This document shows, piece after piece, positions 30,398 to 40,081 of a DNA stretch of 64,000 nucleotides. The number at the start of each line of letters is the position of its first letter. Position 1 is the first letter of the stretch. The translations under genes were made by a program, and so were the position numbers. The stretch comes from Candidatus Aegiribacteria sp. (lineage in GTDB: Bacteria; Fermentibacterota; Fermentibacteria; Fermentibacterales; JCC-6): positions 2,740 through 66,739 of the forward strand of contig JAUWSL010000001.1 of assembly GCA_030610085.1 (NCBI GenBank), read 5' to 3'. The notes under the pieces are model-generated. The model worked only from the letters and a program-made list of their open reading frames with translations, ran no database searches and was not told the origin of the DNA.

Positions 30398-31543
30398 TTA
30401 CTTTGTAAGACCGTATTTCTCAAGCTCTTCAGTAGCCGAGTCCACCAGATCGGACGACGTACATGTCTTCACCCAGCTGCAAAGGTCCCTGACTCCACTG
30501 ACGAATTCAATCTCAGCGTTGAAGCCAAGAATCCTGCTGGTTCGGGAAGTATCAGCAAAACAGTGTCTTATGTCCCCCGCCCTGAACTGGTTTCTTACGA
30601 TAAAATTATCAGCAGGCTTTCCAAGTTCACCTGCAATTGCTTTTCCAATCTCCATTATGGAGGTTGGTTTACCGGTCCCTGCGTTCAGCACCTGGTAGGC
30701 TGAATCAGGATTTTCCAGAGCCATAAGACATGCTCTGGCAATATCCCTTACATGGATGAAATCCCGGCTCTGGAGCCCATCCTCGAAGATCACAGGGGGA
30801 TTCCTGTTGAGGAGTCTCGATGCGAATATTGCTCCCACCCCGGTGTATGGATTCGATAGAGCCTGCCGGGTTCCGTATACGTTGAAAAATCGCATTGCGA
30901 CAGCAGGAATTTCGTAAGCCTGACCGGCTGCAAGAAACATTTCCTCCTGGCTTCTCTTATTTATTGCATAGATGGACGTGGGATACAAAGGCTTGTTTTC
31001 GGGTACCGGCAGGGGTTCAGCCAGTTCTCCGCACTCCGGGCAGTATACTTCCCAATTATGCTGCGAAAGCTGCTCCGGCGGACGTAGTTCAGGGGCGAAA
31101 TTACCGCACTGTGGACACAGGTAAAGACCTTCTCCATAAATGGACATGGAACTGGCAACAAGCATTTTAGTGATGCTTCCACGATTTCTGACAGCTTCCT
31201 CAAGGACAACAGCCGCACCGAGAGAATTAACAGAAGTGTAATGTGCCATTCTGTACATGGATTGACCCACACCTACTGCCGCGGCGAAATGTACCAGCAT
31301 GCTGCAGCCCTCAAGGGCCTTCTCAACATCCGAATGGTTCCTCACATCACCGACGATCAGTTCAACCTCCGGGTGGAGATAATCAGGTCTGGCGGCATTT
31401 TCACCGTGTACCTGAGGGTCGAGGTTGTCCAGCGCCCTTACTTTGTAGCCTTTTTCAATAAGCAGGTCTGCAAGATGGGAACCGATAAATCCTGCTCCTC
31501 CTGTGATGAGAACTCTGATACTCATAATGTCCAATCGCTGCAT
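30398..31543 (-). CDS. NAD-dependent sugar epimerase/dehydratase (SDR family) with an inserted Cys4 zinc ribbon
   Basis: The Rossmann motif ITGGAGFIGSHL and the catalytic SIYAINK (YxxxK) are present. A roughly 30-aa insert CPQCGNF…YCPECGE sits in the substrate-binding domain. Confidence 0.8.
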   Translation of the reverse strand: MQRLDIMSIRVLITGGAGFIGSHLADLLIEKGYKVRALDNLDPQVHGENAARPDYLHPEVELIVGDVRNHSDVEKALEGCSMLVHFAAAVGVGQSMYRMAHYTSVNSLGAAVVLEEAVRNRGSITKMLVASSMSIYGEGLYLCPQCGNFAPELRPPEQLSQHNWEVYCPECGELAEPLPVPENKPLYPTSIYAINKRSQEEMFLAAGQAYEIPAVAMRFFNVYGTRQALSNPYTGVGAIFASRLLNRNPPVIFEDGLQSRDFIHVRDIARACLMALENPDSAYQVLNAGTGKPTSIMEIGKAIAGELGKPADNFIVRNQFRAGDIRHCFADTSRTSRILGFNAEIEFVSGVRDLCSWVKTCTSSDLVDSATEELEKYGLTK

Positions 31544-31734
31544 AAGTCTGTCCAGCAGCAGTTAGTGATGAAAAACTCCGGCACGGGGATATTAACCCGG
31601 CGTAAGCATATAGAAGTATAACCGATAGATATGGAGTTATCAATTAATCATTATTGTACGTTTCTGGTCTGCGGGGGCGTTTGTATTGTATGATACTCCC
31701 TGCGAAAGAAGTTGTTGTTCAGCGGAAGGGATTC

Positions 31735-33189
31735 ATGCGTATAGCCCTGGTTGTTCCCCCATGGGGTCCTGATGACATCCGCGCGAAAGATACCCGTGGT
31801 ATTTCCGGATGCTGGCCCACTCCCGGGCTGCAGTATATAGCAGCGATTCTGCGCGATTGCGGACATGAAATACTGTTCCTCGAGGGTTTCTTCTACACCA
31901 ACGAAGAAATGCTTGAGAAAACGGTCGATTTCGGGGCCCAGGCTCTGGGAGTGTACGTGATAAGTCTTCTTTGGGACAAGGCGAAACCTTTCATTGAGGA
32001 AGTAAAGGACTCTATCCCCTCTATCTTCACATTCATCGGGGGGCATGGCGCTACTGCCATGCCGGAAACACTTATGAAAAGTACCGAAGCACTGGATGCC
32101 ATCGTAATAGGAGAGGGAGAAATCACATCACGTGAATTGATAGATGCCGTGGAATCCGGTAAAGACCTTAAGGAGATCAAGGGTCTGCTCATCAGAGAAG
32201 CGGGAAAGCTTCACAGGACTCCTCCAAGGGAGATGGTTGATGATCTTGATGAATTACCCTTCCCCGCGGTTGATCTTTGCGAAATGGACAGGTACTACCC
32301 AAGCTTTGAGCAGGTTTCAACCGTTCCCGCAATGCAGATGCTGGCAAGCAGAGGCTGCTCCGGAAGCTGCCTTTACTGCTACAAGATGTACGGTAACAGA
32401 ATCCGCCTTCGCGACCCGGGACTTGTTGTTGACGAGATAGAATACTACATCAACAATTACGGAACGCGGGAAATCAAATTCTGGGACGAGCATTTTACTT
32501 TCGATCATGACCATGTTTACGCGATCTGTGATGAGATTCTCAGGAGAGGATTGAAAATACGCTGGTGGGTTTCCAGCAGGGCGGATGCAGTTGACAGGCC
32601 TCTTCTTGATGCTATGAAAAAAGCGGGATGCTGGTGCATAAACTACGGGGTCGAAAGTGGTTTGCAGAAGCATCTGGATACTCTGATAAAGCACGAAACC
32701 CTCGATCAGATCAGAACCGCCGTAAAACTTACGCACAGTGTCGGTATCAAAACACATACAACCTACATATTCGGGATTCCGGGGGAGACCTTTGAGGATG
32801 GCCTGAAGACGATAGAATTCGCAATGGAATTGAACTCTTTCACTGTTGAATTTTTCCCCATTACCCCCTTTCCCGGGACACCACTTTATAAAGGTATTCA
32901 CAAGGGATTGTTCGGGACGATGTCGGAAAATCTTTCAGACCAGGGAATGCTGCTTGATCGCCCATGCTTTGTTCCCTTTACCATGACCGCCGAGGAGATC
33001 ATGGAACTGAGAAGACTGGCATATATAAAGTACTTTTTCAGGCCCGGGTTCCTCTTATACAGACTTATGAATATCATGTCACCCTTTCAGGTGAGGGCGA
33101 TGTGGAGCGGAGCCAATAGTCTCTTTCAGATGGTTGGAGAGCAGATTTCTGCCCTATGGAAAAGAACGATAGATCGATCTCAGTCGTAA
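31735..33189 (+). CDS. B12-binding domain radical SAM protein (paralog 1)
   Basis: An N-terminal cobalamin-binding Rossmann-like domain begins at MRIALVVPPWG. The radical SAM CxxxCxxC motif is SRGCSGSCLYC. The ORF track starts further upstream at 31654. Confidence 0.8.
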   Translation: MRIALVVPPWGPDDIRAKDTRGISGCWPTPGLQYIAAILRDCGHEILFLEGFFYTNEEMLEKTVDFGAQALGVYVISLLWDKAKPFIEEVKDSIPSIFTFIGGHGATAMPETLMKSTEALDAIVIGEGEITSRELIDAVESGKDLKEIKGLLIREAGKLHRTPPREMVDDLDELPFPAVDLCEMDRYYPSFEQVSTVPAMQMLASRGCSGSCLYCYKMYGNRIRLRDPGLVVDEIEYYINNYGTREIKFWDEHFTFDHDHVYAICDEILRRGLKIRWWVSSRADAVDRPLLDAMKKAGCWCINYGVESGLQKHLDTLIKHETLDQIRTAVKLTHSVGIKTHTTYIFGIPGETFEDGLKTIEFAMELNSFTVEFFPITPFPGTPLYKGIHKGLFGTMSENLSDQGMLLDRPCFVPFTMTAEEIMELRRLAYIKYFFRPGFLLYRLMNIMSPFQVRAMWSGANSLFQMVGEQISALWKRTIDRSQS

Positions 33190-34166
33190 TCCCGGTTCAT
33201 AACAGCGAGAAGACCCTTGAAGCTGTTCTGATGCCGCTCCTTGATGAACTCCGGATCGGGGATGAACTCATAGTCGTAGATGACAGATCGGAGGACAGGT
33301 CTTCGGAGATAGCCTTACGGCTCGGAGCAGTGGTGATCTCCAGCTCCGGCAGTCCTGGAGCCGCAGGAGCAAGAAATACAGGTGCTCAGGCCGCGGCAGG
33401 AGAATGGGTTCTCTTCGTGGACAGCGACTCTGTCGCCCCTTCCGGATGGAGAAGTAAGCTTCAGCAGCGCATTGGTCAGGATCCCGGGGCTGTTCAGGCT
33501 ACCTACAGTCCTGTTGCCGCAGGGAGTAAAGCGGCTACGTTCTACAAGAATTTCTACTACTACTACACTTTTACCAGAAGAATAAGCAGCGATCACATTA
33601 CCGGGTGCGGAACATTCTTCTTCGCGGTGAGAAGAGCTGTATTCCTGGAGCTGGAAGGATTTGACGATAGAATTCCCGGCGCAACCGTAGAAGATGCCGA
33701 TTTTGCGGCAAGACTTGTTGGTGCCGGGGACAGCATTCTAATGGCCACCGAGATAGAGGTTTACCATCTCAGGGAATATACTTTTACTGAATTGATGAGG
33801 TACGAATGGCGTATGATGAAGTCCAAGGTTCTCTACCTTCTTCGAAGGGGATCAGGACATGCAGTTCCTTCCGTTTCAATGGCAACTCCACTTGAAATGC
33901 TGTCCGTTATTTCCGGGGCAGTTAGTATCTGGTTGATACCTGCCGGTCTGGTGGCATATGCCACGGGTTGTTTGTGGGGAATCTGGCTTTCTATTGCCGG
34001 GTTCTCAATTCTGACAGCGGGTCATACGGGATTCTGGTTCGCATCCGTGAGGGAGGCAGGTATGAGGGGATTTCTTGCATCCTTCATGACTTTTCCCGAT
34101 CTAATACTTATCATACCTGCTGTGTTGAGCGGAGTTATAATGCATATAACGGGAAGGAAATACTGA
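33156..34166 (+). CDS. family 2 glycosyltransferase
   Basis: The N-terminus ISVVIPVHNSEKTLEAVL…VVDDRSED carries the GT-A DxD region. A C-terminal TM region is present. The start overlaps the rSAM stop, suggesting translational coupling. Confidence 0.8.
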   Translation: MEKNDRSISVVIPVHNSEKTLEAVLMPLLDELRIGDELIVVDDRSEDRSSEIALRLGAVVISSSGSPGAAGARNTGAQAAAGEWVLFVDSDSVAPSGWRSKLQQRIGQDPGAVQATYSPVAAGSKAATFYKNFYYYYTFTRRISSDHITGCGTFFFAVRRAVFLELEGFDDRIPGATVEDADFAARLVGAGDSILMATEIEVYHLREYTFTELMRYEWRMMKSKVLYLLRRGSGHAVPSVSMATPLEMLSVISGAVSIWLIPAGLVAYATGCLWGIWLSIAGFSILTAGHTGFWFASVREAGMRGFLASFMTFPDLILIIPAVLSGVIMHITGRKY

Positions 34167-34167
34167 T

Positions 34168-35934
34168 TTGCGGTCAAGAACCTTTCTACCGATCGGCCTG
34201 AGTCTTACACTTCTCTTTATTGTTTATAGATACCTGGAAGTTATCCCTCGCGGTCCTTCTGACAAGGTAGTTCAGTTGTTCCTGCTGGTTTCTGCGTCTG
34301 TCTGTTTTGCCTTGTATTTTGCCGCAAGGACTGACCGGGATCTGGTTCATTGGATTATTGGAAAAATCGAGAAACCTTCTACAACCAGGTTCCTCGGACT
34401 TCTTCTCGTTATTCTAGCAGTTTTCTCCATCTGGATGGCTTACGGTCCTTTCGAGGGAATTCCGAAAGGCGGTGACGAAGCTGCGTATTATTTTCAATCG
34501 AAGATTTACGCCGCCGGTCACATGGCGGCACCTGCACCTGCTGTTGATGACCCTATGGCCTATTTTCCATTTCGGCATTTCATCTTCAGGAATAACATGT
34601 GGTTTATCATCTATACTCCGTTCCATTCCCTGTTGATGGCACCTTTCACCGCAGCAGGCGCATCTCCTCTTCTTGGCCCCATCGAAGGGTTGCTGTCCCT
34701 TATAGGAATTTTCCTTCTGATTAGACTCTGGACAGGTGAGACTATTGCCAGGATCAGCGTTCTTCTCCTTCTACTGTCACCCTTCTTCCTTTTCATGACA
34801 TCTACATTCATGGCCCACAATACGAACCTTATGCTTATTACATGGTCTCTATACATGATCTCCAGGAGAGCAAAGGGCGCGTCGGTTGCCTACGGGATTG
34901 CAAGTGGATTTCTTATTGGGCTTGCTTTTGCCACGAAACCTTACCCTGTTCTCGTTTGGCTTTTCTTCATTCCGCTTGCAGTTATAGTGGGTTGCAGGGA
35001 CAGGTGGTTCCGTATCCTGGGCCCGGCTGCTGTGGCTGCGGTAATACCTCTGGTGCTTTTCCTGCTATCGAACAGTTACTACACGGGAAATCCTCTCCAC
35101 GCGGGTTACGATCTGATCAGGGGAGGAAAACTGATAGGTTTCGGGCCTGAAAAGGCCTGGTTTCCAGAGTACGGAGATCATGCGCATACACCCGTTAGAG
35201 GATTGTTCAACGTTGCCAGGCAGATCGGGGTTGGAAGTACGATCCTGTTCGGTTGGCCATTCCTGTCCCTCGTTCCCATTCTTCTGGCAATTGGAAGGAT
35301 ACGAAAAGAGAGGCGTGTTCTCTGGCTTTTCCTCCCCTTGTTGTTGATCATGTTGCTGATGTTTCTCCATTATTGCCCTGCCATTGATTACGGCCCCAGA
35401 CATTACTTTACTCTCCTGCCCGTTATCCTGCTTCTTTCGGTTCTTGGATTTAGAGAAGCGGTAAAATTTGCCAGAAGAAGAAGGGGGACCGAAGGCAGCA
35501 ACATTGTAGCAGTTTTTGTCTTCTGTCAGTTTCTGATAACACTGTTCGTTTATTTGCCGGAGGGAATAGAATTAAGGTCGAGCCCATGGCAGTCCATCGA
35601 CAGACAGCCTATGATAACAGCTTCAAATTATGTTGAAATACCCTCAATAGTATTTATGCAGGCGGGACAGCATGGTTACCCTAATATCTCCAGCGGCATG
35701 AATTTCAATTCACCCTTCCTTGATAAGGAAATAATATACTGCGCGCATCAGACACCGGAGGAGGACATTCTATTCATGCAGGCCTATCCCGGAAGAACCC
35801 CGTACTTGTACTGGTTTGATGGAAGCAGCTTCCATATAGAGCCATGGTCACAGGATCTTTCTGAAATTATCGAGCCTACCAGAGACATGGTCTACCATGC
35901 ATATTCGCACATGCATGACCCCGAACAAGACTGA
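34168..35934 (+). CDS. GT-C fold membrane glycosyltransferase (ArnT/PMT-like)
   Basis: The 588-aa protein has more than 10 TM helices. The first extracytoplasmic loop carries a DE-x-x-Y-type motif (GGDEAAYYFQSKIY). The start lies 1 nt after the preceding GT2 stop. Confidence 0.6.
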   Translation: MRSRTFLPIGLSLTLLFIVYRYLEVIPRGPSDKVVQLFLLVSASVCFALYFAARTDRDLVHWIIGKIEKPSTTRFLGLLLVILAVFSIWMAYGPFEGIPKGGDEAAYYFQSKIYAAGHMAAPAPAVDDPMAYFPFRHFIFRNNMWFIIYTPFHSLLMAPFTAAGASPLLGPIEGLLSLIGIFLLIRLWTGETIARISVLLLLLSPFFLFMTSTFMAHNTNLMLITWSLYMISRRAKGASVAYGIASGFLIGLAFATKPYPVLVWLFFIPLAVIVGCRDRWFRILGPAAVAAVIPLVLFLLSNSYYTGNPLHAGYDLIRGGKLIGFGPEKAWFPEYGDHAHTPVRGLFNVARQIGVGSTILFGWPFLSLVPILLAIGRIRKERRVLWLFLPLLLIMLLMFLHYCPAIDYGPRHYFTLLPVILLLSVLGFREAVKFARRRRGTEGSNIVAVFVFCQFLITLFVYLPEGIELRSSPWQSIDRQPMITASNYVEIPSIVFMQAGQHGYPNISSGMNFNSPFLDKEIIYCAHQTPEEDILFMQAYPGRTPYLYWFDGSSFHIEPWSQDLSEIIEPTRDMVYHAYSHMHDPEQD

Positions 35935-35949
35935 TCAGAAAAGGACTGA

Positions 35950-36672
35950 ATTCTGAAAAATTCTAAAATTATCTGTTATATACCAGCGTACAACGCAGAA
36001 CTGCTTTTAGAAAAAGTGATCAGGGCGATACCATCTGAAACGATGGAATACCTGAACACAGTTCTAGTTATTGATGATGGCTCTTCCGACGGGACTGCCA
36101 ACCTTACGAGCAGACTGCAGAAAGAATTCCCTAAGATCTTCCTTATTCAGCATCCGGAAAACCGGGGTTACGGAGCTGTTCAGAAAACCGCCTTTGACTG
36201 GACACTGGAACACAACAGTGATATAGCGGTGATGCTTCATTCAGACGGTCAGTACCCTCCTGAATACCTCAAACCGATGCTGATTCCGTTTAAAAAGAGT
36301 GCTGATGTCGTTGGCGGCAGCAGAATTCTTTATGGAGACATGCGATGGGGCGGTATGTCCAGAACAAGGTACTATGGAACCATGTGGCTGAACGCACTTG
36401 AAAATCTTATTTTCAGGCAGAAACTTACTTCGTATCACAGCGGCTACAAAGCATACAGCAGGAAAGCACTTGAGCAGATACCGTACGAAAGTTATTCGAA
36501 TACTTTCAATTTTGATTCGGAGATGCTTGTGGGAGCCATAAGGGCCGAGCTTTCCATCGAAGAAATACCTATTCCAACGATACACGGAGCAGGATTTTCA
36601 AGCCTGAAACCCGTTCCTTACGGACTTTCAGTTCTACATACTCTTGTAAAGTATATCTTCGGAAGGATCTGA
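35950..36672 (+). CDS. GT2 polyprenyl-phosphate sugar synthase-like (DPM1/ArnC-like); the start codon is uncertain and non-canonical
   Basis: It carries LVIDDGSSDGT and a QHPENRGYGAV-type motif. The in-frame upstream sequence after the stop at 35947 encodes the conserved GT2 N-terminus KIICYIPAYNAELLLEKVI, but with no ATG. The track begins at GTG 36016 and is probably truncated. Confidence 0.7.
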   Translation: MLKNSKIICYIPAYNAELLLEKVIRAIPSETMEYLNTVLVIDDGSSDGTANLTSRLQKEFPKIFLIQHPENRGYGAVQKTAFDWTLEHNSDIAVMLHSDGQYPPEYLKPMLIPFKKSADVVGGSRILYGDMRWGGMSRTRYYGTMWLNALENLIFRQKLTSYHSGYKAYSRKALEQIPYESYSNTFNFDSEMLVGAIRAELSIEEIPIPTIHGAGFSSLKPVPYGLSVLHTLVKYIFGRI

Positions 36673-36675
36673 AGT

Positions 36676-37707
36676 TCAGTAGTGCTTGCCGGACAGGAAC
36701 AGAACTGATCCCATTATCACACCCCAGCCAAGTATGGCCATATCAATAAGACACAGCAGAATGAAACCGGGCAGAACCTTCAACCCGAAGTAAGAAACAG
36801 CGCAACGGAAGAAGTTCACGTGACACAGGAGAGAAAGGAATATTGCCACAAGGGCAGATGCGGGAAGCCAGGACCATAATGATAATCCAAGAATCGCACC
36901 TGTCAGGAATGCAAGCATGGAGGAACCTGCAAACAGCACAAAGAGTATGCTCAGTACAACCCATCTGCTATGGTGGGTTCCGGTTTCCCTCAGGTTGATG
37001 TACCTCTTCAGCAATCTCTCTCTTATAGACCTCCAGCCGCTTTTCGCCTGAGCTTCTGCCATCCTGAATCGTCGTCTGGTAAACTGACATAATGTATAGG
37101 CTGCCAGATGCACAACCATAATGTCTTTAGCCAGAAAAATAGATCTTCCCGAATCAACAAGTGAATAACCCAGCTCTTCATCTTCAACTGTAGGTTCTGG
37201 AATCTTCGTATTGAATCCTCCCACAACATCAAAATCTTTTTTGCGAACGGCGACACACCAAGTTGCAAAAATAGCTACACTTTCTTCCTTAACATGAACA
37301 AGGGCATAGTGGTAGTAAAGATTCTGGTAAACCGACACTATATTGTCAGCTGTACATTCAGGGGAATAAAGAGTTTGGACTGCAGCAATCTCTGGTCGAG
37401 AATCGAAGATACATGAAATACTTTTCAGCAAATCGTGGGGCACAATAACATCTGAATCAAGAAACAGAATAATTTCTCCTGTAGCAGTCTCTGCCCCGAT
37501 GTTCCGAGCTTTTGCAGGCCCTCCTCTATTCTCGCATCGAATTACGACCGCCCCAAGTTTAGAAGCTATATCTGCAGTATCATCATCGCTGCAATCATCG
37601 ATAACAAGAATCTCATAGGCTCTATGGCTCTGTGCAGCAACCGATAGAAGGCAATCAGTTATAGTATCTGCAGCATTATATGCTGGTATTATTATCGAAA
37701 TACTCAA
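36676..37707 (-). CDS. family 2 glycosyltransferase with a C-terminal membrane domain
   Basis: The N-terminus MSISIIIPAYNAADTITDCLLSVAAQSH…LVIDDCSDDDT is followed by 3-4 C-terminal TM helices. Confidence 0.8.
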   Translation of the reverse strand: MSISIIIPAYNAADTITDCLLSVAAQSHRAYEILVIDDCSDDDTADIASKLGAVVIRCENRGGPAKARNIGAETATGEIILFLDSDVIVPHDLLKSISCIFDSRPEIAAVQTLYSPECTADNIVSVYQNLYYHYALVHVKEESVAIFATWCVAVRKKDFDVVGGFNTKIPEPTVEDEELGYSLVDSGRSIFLAKDIMVVHLAAYTLCQFTRRRFRMAEAQAKSGWRSIRERLLKRYINLRETGTHHSRWVVLSILFVLFAGSSMLAFLTGAILGLSLWSWLPASALVAIFLSLLCHVNFFRCAVSYFGLKVLPGFILLCLIDMAILGWGVIMGSVLFLSGKHY

Positions 37708-37746
37708 AATGATCCAATCACGAAAAGGTGCTGAAGCAGAAGTAAT

Positions 37747-38970
37747 CTATATAGGTAATACTATCTTCCCTGATTCTGTTTGACCGTTCTCTATAAGGGC
37801 GGCCATGATTCTTGGAAGGGCCAGCCCGGAGCCGTTGAGTGTATGAACGTACTGAAGCTTACCACCACTAGCGGGCCTGTATCTTATACAGCCTCTTCTC
37901 GATTGAAAATCACGGAAATTGGATACCGATGAAACCTCAAGCCATTTTTCCTGCCCTGCGGACCATACCTCGAAGTCGTAGCATTTCGAGGCGGCGAAAC
38001 TGAGATCACCTGTTGACAGAAGAGAAATCCTGTAGGTAAGATTAAGCAATTCAAGCAATTTTCCCACATGGGCTGTCATCTCCTCAAGAGACGTTTCAGA
38101 ATTCTCCGGCTTGACCATCTGGACCATTTCAACTTTTTCGAACTGATGAACTCTGTTAAGGCCTCTTGTGTCTTTGCCGTAGCTTCCCGCTTCACGTCTG
38201 AAACAGGGAGAGTAGCAGAAAATTCTTACGGGAAGATCATCCTCCTGCAGAATGGAATCACGGTAGATATTTGTTAGAGGAACCTCTCCTGTAGGGACAA
38301 GAAAGAGATCATCCTTCTCGATGTGGTACATGTCATCTTCAAGCTTCGGGATCTGCCCCGTTGAAGTCATGCTCTTCCTGTTGGCAAGGAAAGGAACCCA
38401 GATCTCTTCCATGCCTGCACTGTGGTGGAAATCCATCATCCAGTTTATGAGAATTCTCTGAAGCCGGGCGGCCCAGCCTCTTAGAAGTATGAAGTTCGAT
38501 CCTGTTACCGATCCCGAGGCTTCCTGGTCGAAAAGCCCTCCAAGGAGTTCCCAGTGGGGAAGAGCTTTGAAATCAAAAGAGGGTTTCTCTCCAACGGTTC
38601 TAATAATACTGTTGAAAGTCTCATCACTGCCGATCGGGACATCCGGATCCGGAATGTTGGGAAAATGCAGTTCCAGTTCACTCATCCTGCCGTCTACGGC
38701 ATCAAGGTCCTTCTCAAAGGAGGCGATTCCTCCACCAGTTTTCCTGCTTTCCAGTATCTGTGGGCCCGCCTCTTTTCCCTCCTTTTTCAGGGAGGAGACT
38801 TCGTTTGAGAGTTCATTTCTGCGCCTTCGCAATTCTTCGATCTCACCAAGCAGAGAGCGTCTTTTTTCATCAAGTTCAAGCCATTCATCGATCGGGCAGG
38901 GTTCACCCTTGTTCACGGCTGCTGTGCGTACTCTGTCCGGATTATTTCTAAGAACTGCCCTGTCCAGCAT
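37747..38970 (-). CDS. serS: seryl-tRNA synthetase
   Basis: An N-terminal coiled-coil arm (…RRSLLGEIEELRRRRNELSNEVSSLKK) is followed by class II aaRS motifs (…FRREAGSYGKDTRGLNRVHQFEKVE…). The protein is 407 aa. Confidence 0.92.
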   Translation of the reverse strand: MLDRAVLRNNPDRVRTAAVNKGEPCPIDEWLELDEKRRSLLGEIEELRRRRNELSNEVSSLKKEGKEAGPQILESRKTGGGIASFEKDLDAVDGRMSELELHFPNIPDPDVPIGSDETFNSIIRTVGEKPSFDFKALPHWELLGGLFDQEASGSVTGSNFILLRGWAARLQRILINWMMDFHHSAGMEEIWVPFLANRKSMTSTGQIPKLEDDMYHIEKDDLFLVPTGEVPLTNIYRDSILQEDDLPVRIFCYSPCFRREAGSYGKDTRGLNRVHQFEKVEMVQMVKPENSETSLEEMTAHVGKLLELLNLTYRISLLSTGDLSFAASKCYDFEVWSAGQEKWLEVSSVSNFRDFQSRRGCIRYRPASGGKLQYVHTLNGSGLALPRIMAALIENGQTESGKIVLPI

Positions 38971-38997
38971 TATAAGTCTCCCTGTTCTTTAATTCGA

Positions 38998-39342
38998 TCA
39001 GAAATGGGGTATGAATACAAGCAGGCCTACGGCTAGAGCGGCAACAGCAGCCAGGAGAACCGAACCTGCTGCGAGGTCTTTTGCTTTCTGAACCGTATCG
39101 TGCCACTCCGGTGCCGTATGATCCGCAAGGAATTCAAGAGCGCTGTTCATGGCTTCAGCGGATAGAACTATGCCGATCGAAAGGGCTATAAGGGCCCACT
39201 CTCCAAGGTTAAGGCTCACAAGCAGTCCGACTGTGATAACAACAATAAGAGCGATCAGATGAATTTTGGCGTTCATCTGGGTCGCCAGAAGGGTTCCTAT
39301 GCCTCTGAAAGCGTATCTGAAGCTTCTGAGTCTGTTTTTCAT
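38998..39342 (-). CDS. dgkA: diacylglycerol kinase
   Basis: The roughly 115-aa 3-TM protein contains …AMNSALEFLADH…DLAAGSVLLAAV…. The start is the internal Met (MKNRLRSF…). The track's longer ORF to 39567 is an artefact. The stop of the upstream PAP2 gene abuts it. Confidence 0.8.
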   Translation of the reverse strand: MKNRLRSFRYAFRGIGTLLATQMNAKIHLIALIVVITVGLLVSLNLGEWALIALSIGIVLSAEAMNSALEFLADHTAPEWHDTVQKAKDLAAGSVLLAAVAALAVGLLVFIPHF

Positions 39343-39343
39343 A

Positions 39344-40081
39344 TCAGAAATATACTCCAAATCCTTCAGAACTGCTCCATCTGATTCCCAAAGCTGGCTG
39401 AATATGGATTTCCGACCCCGCATCATCCTCATGCGCAAGGGCGACAGCAATTCCGATGGCTGTTCCAATGGCTGCCCCTGCAATAACGTCCGAAGGGTAG
39501 TGCTTTCCAAGAGAGACCCTCGAAAGAGATGTGAAAACGGCGACTGCCGCCGCTGGGATACCGGCACCAGGCCCGTAACTGTCCCAGAGTATCACAGCAA
39601 CGCAGGCTGTGCCGGAAGCATGTCCCGAGGGGAAACTTCGACTGTTACTGCCGTCAGGTCTTGACCTGCCCGCTGCAAGTTTCATCGCGCCTGTGAAACC
39701 GTAAGTCAGAAGAAGACCCTCGGTAAGCATCTGGCCGGTTTCTTCGATATCGCGTTCGTCGCAGAGAGCGCCGCCCGCCCACATGATGGAGGAAGCTCCG
39801 AGAAGTTGCAGGCCGAAAGCCCTGTCGCAAACACAGGACAGGTCCTTCAGGAATCCCGTTCCCAGAAAACCCGCATAGTCTTCCCCGCGCTCAAGCAGGA
39901 AAGCCCCGGAAGTTACCGCAGCGCCAAGGCCGATGACTGTCAACGGTTCTGCGGAGAACATTTGATGAATGTTCTCCCCCATGAAATGTAAAAAATCATC
40001 ACCGGTCACACATGAGAAGAAAAATAGGACTGAAACCAGGGGAATCAGAAAGTTGAATGGCCGTCTAACCGTTTTCGGCAT
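39344..40081 (-). CDS. PAP2-family lipid phosphatase (undecaprenyl-diphosphate or phosphatidylglycerophosphatase-like)
   Basis: The PAP2 motifs KLAAGRSRP, PSGHAS and SRV…H are present. The likely start is MPKTVRR… at 40081, which avoids overlap with the DegT gene. Confidence 0.8.
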   Translation of the reverse strand: MPKTVRRPFNFLIPLVSVLFFFSCVTGDDFLHFMGENIHQMFSAEPLTVIGLGAAVTSGAFLLERGEDYAGFLGTGFLKDLSCVCDRAFGLQLLGASSIMWAGGALCDERDIEETGQMLTEGLLLTYGFTGAMKLAAGRSRPDGSNSRSFPSGHASGTACVAVILWDSYGPGAGIPAAAVAVFTSLSRVSLGKHYPSDVIAGAAIGTAIGIAVALAHEDDAGSEIHIQPALGIRWSSSEGFGVYF

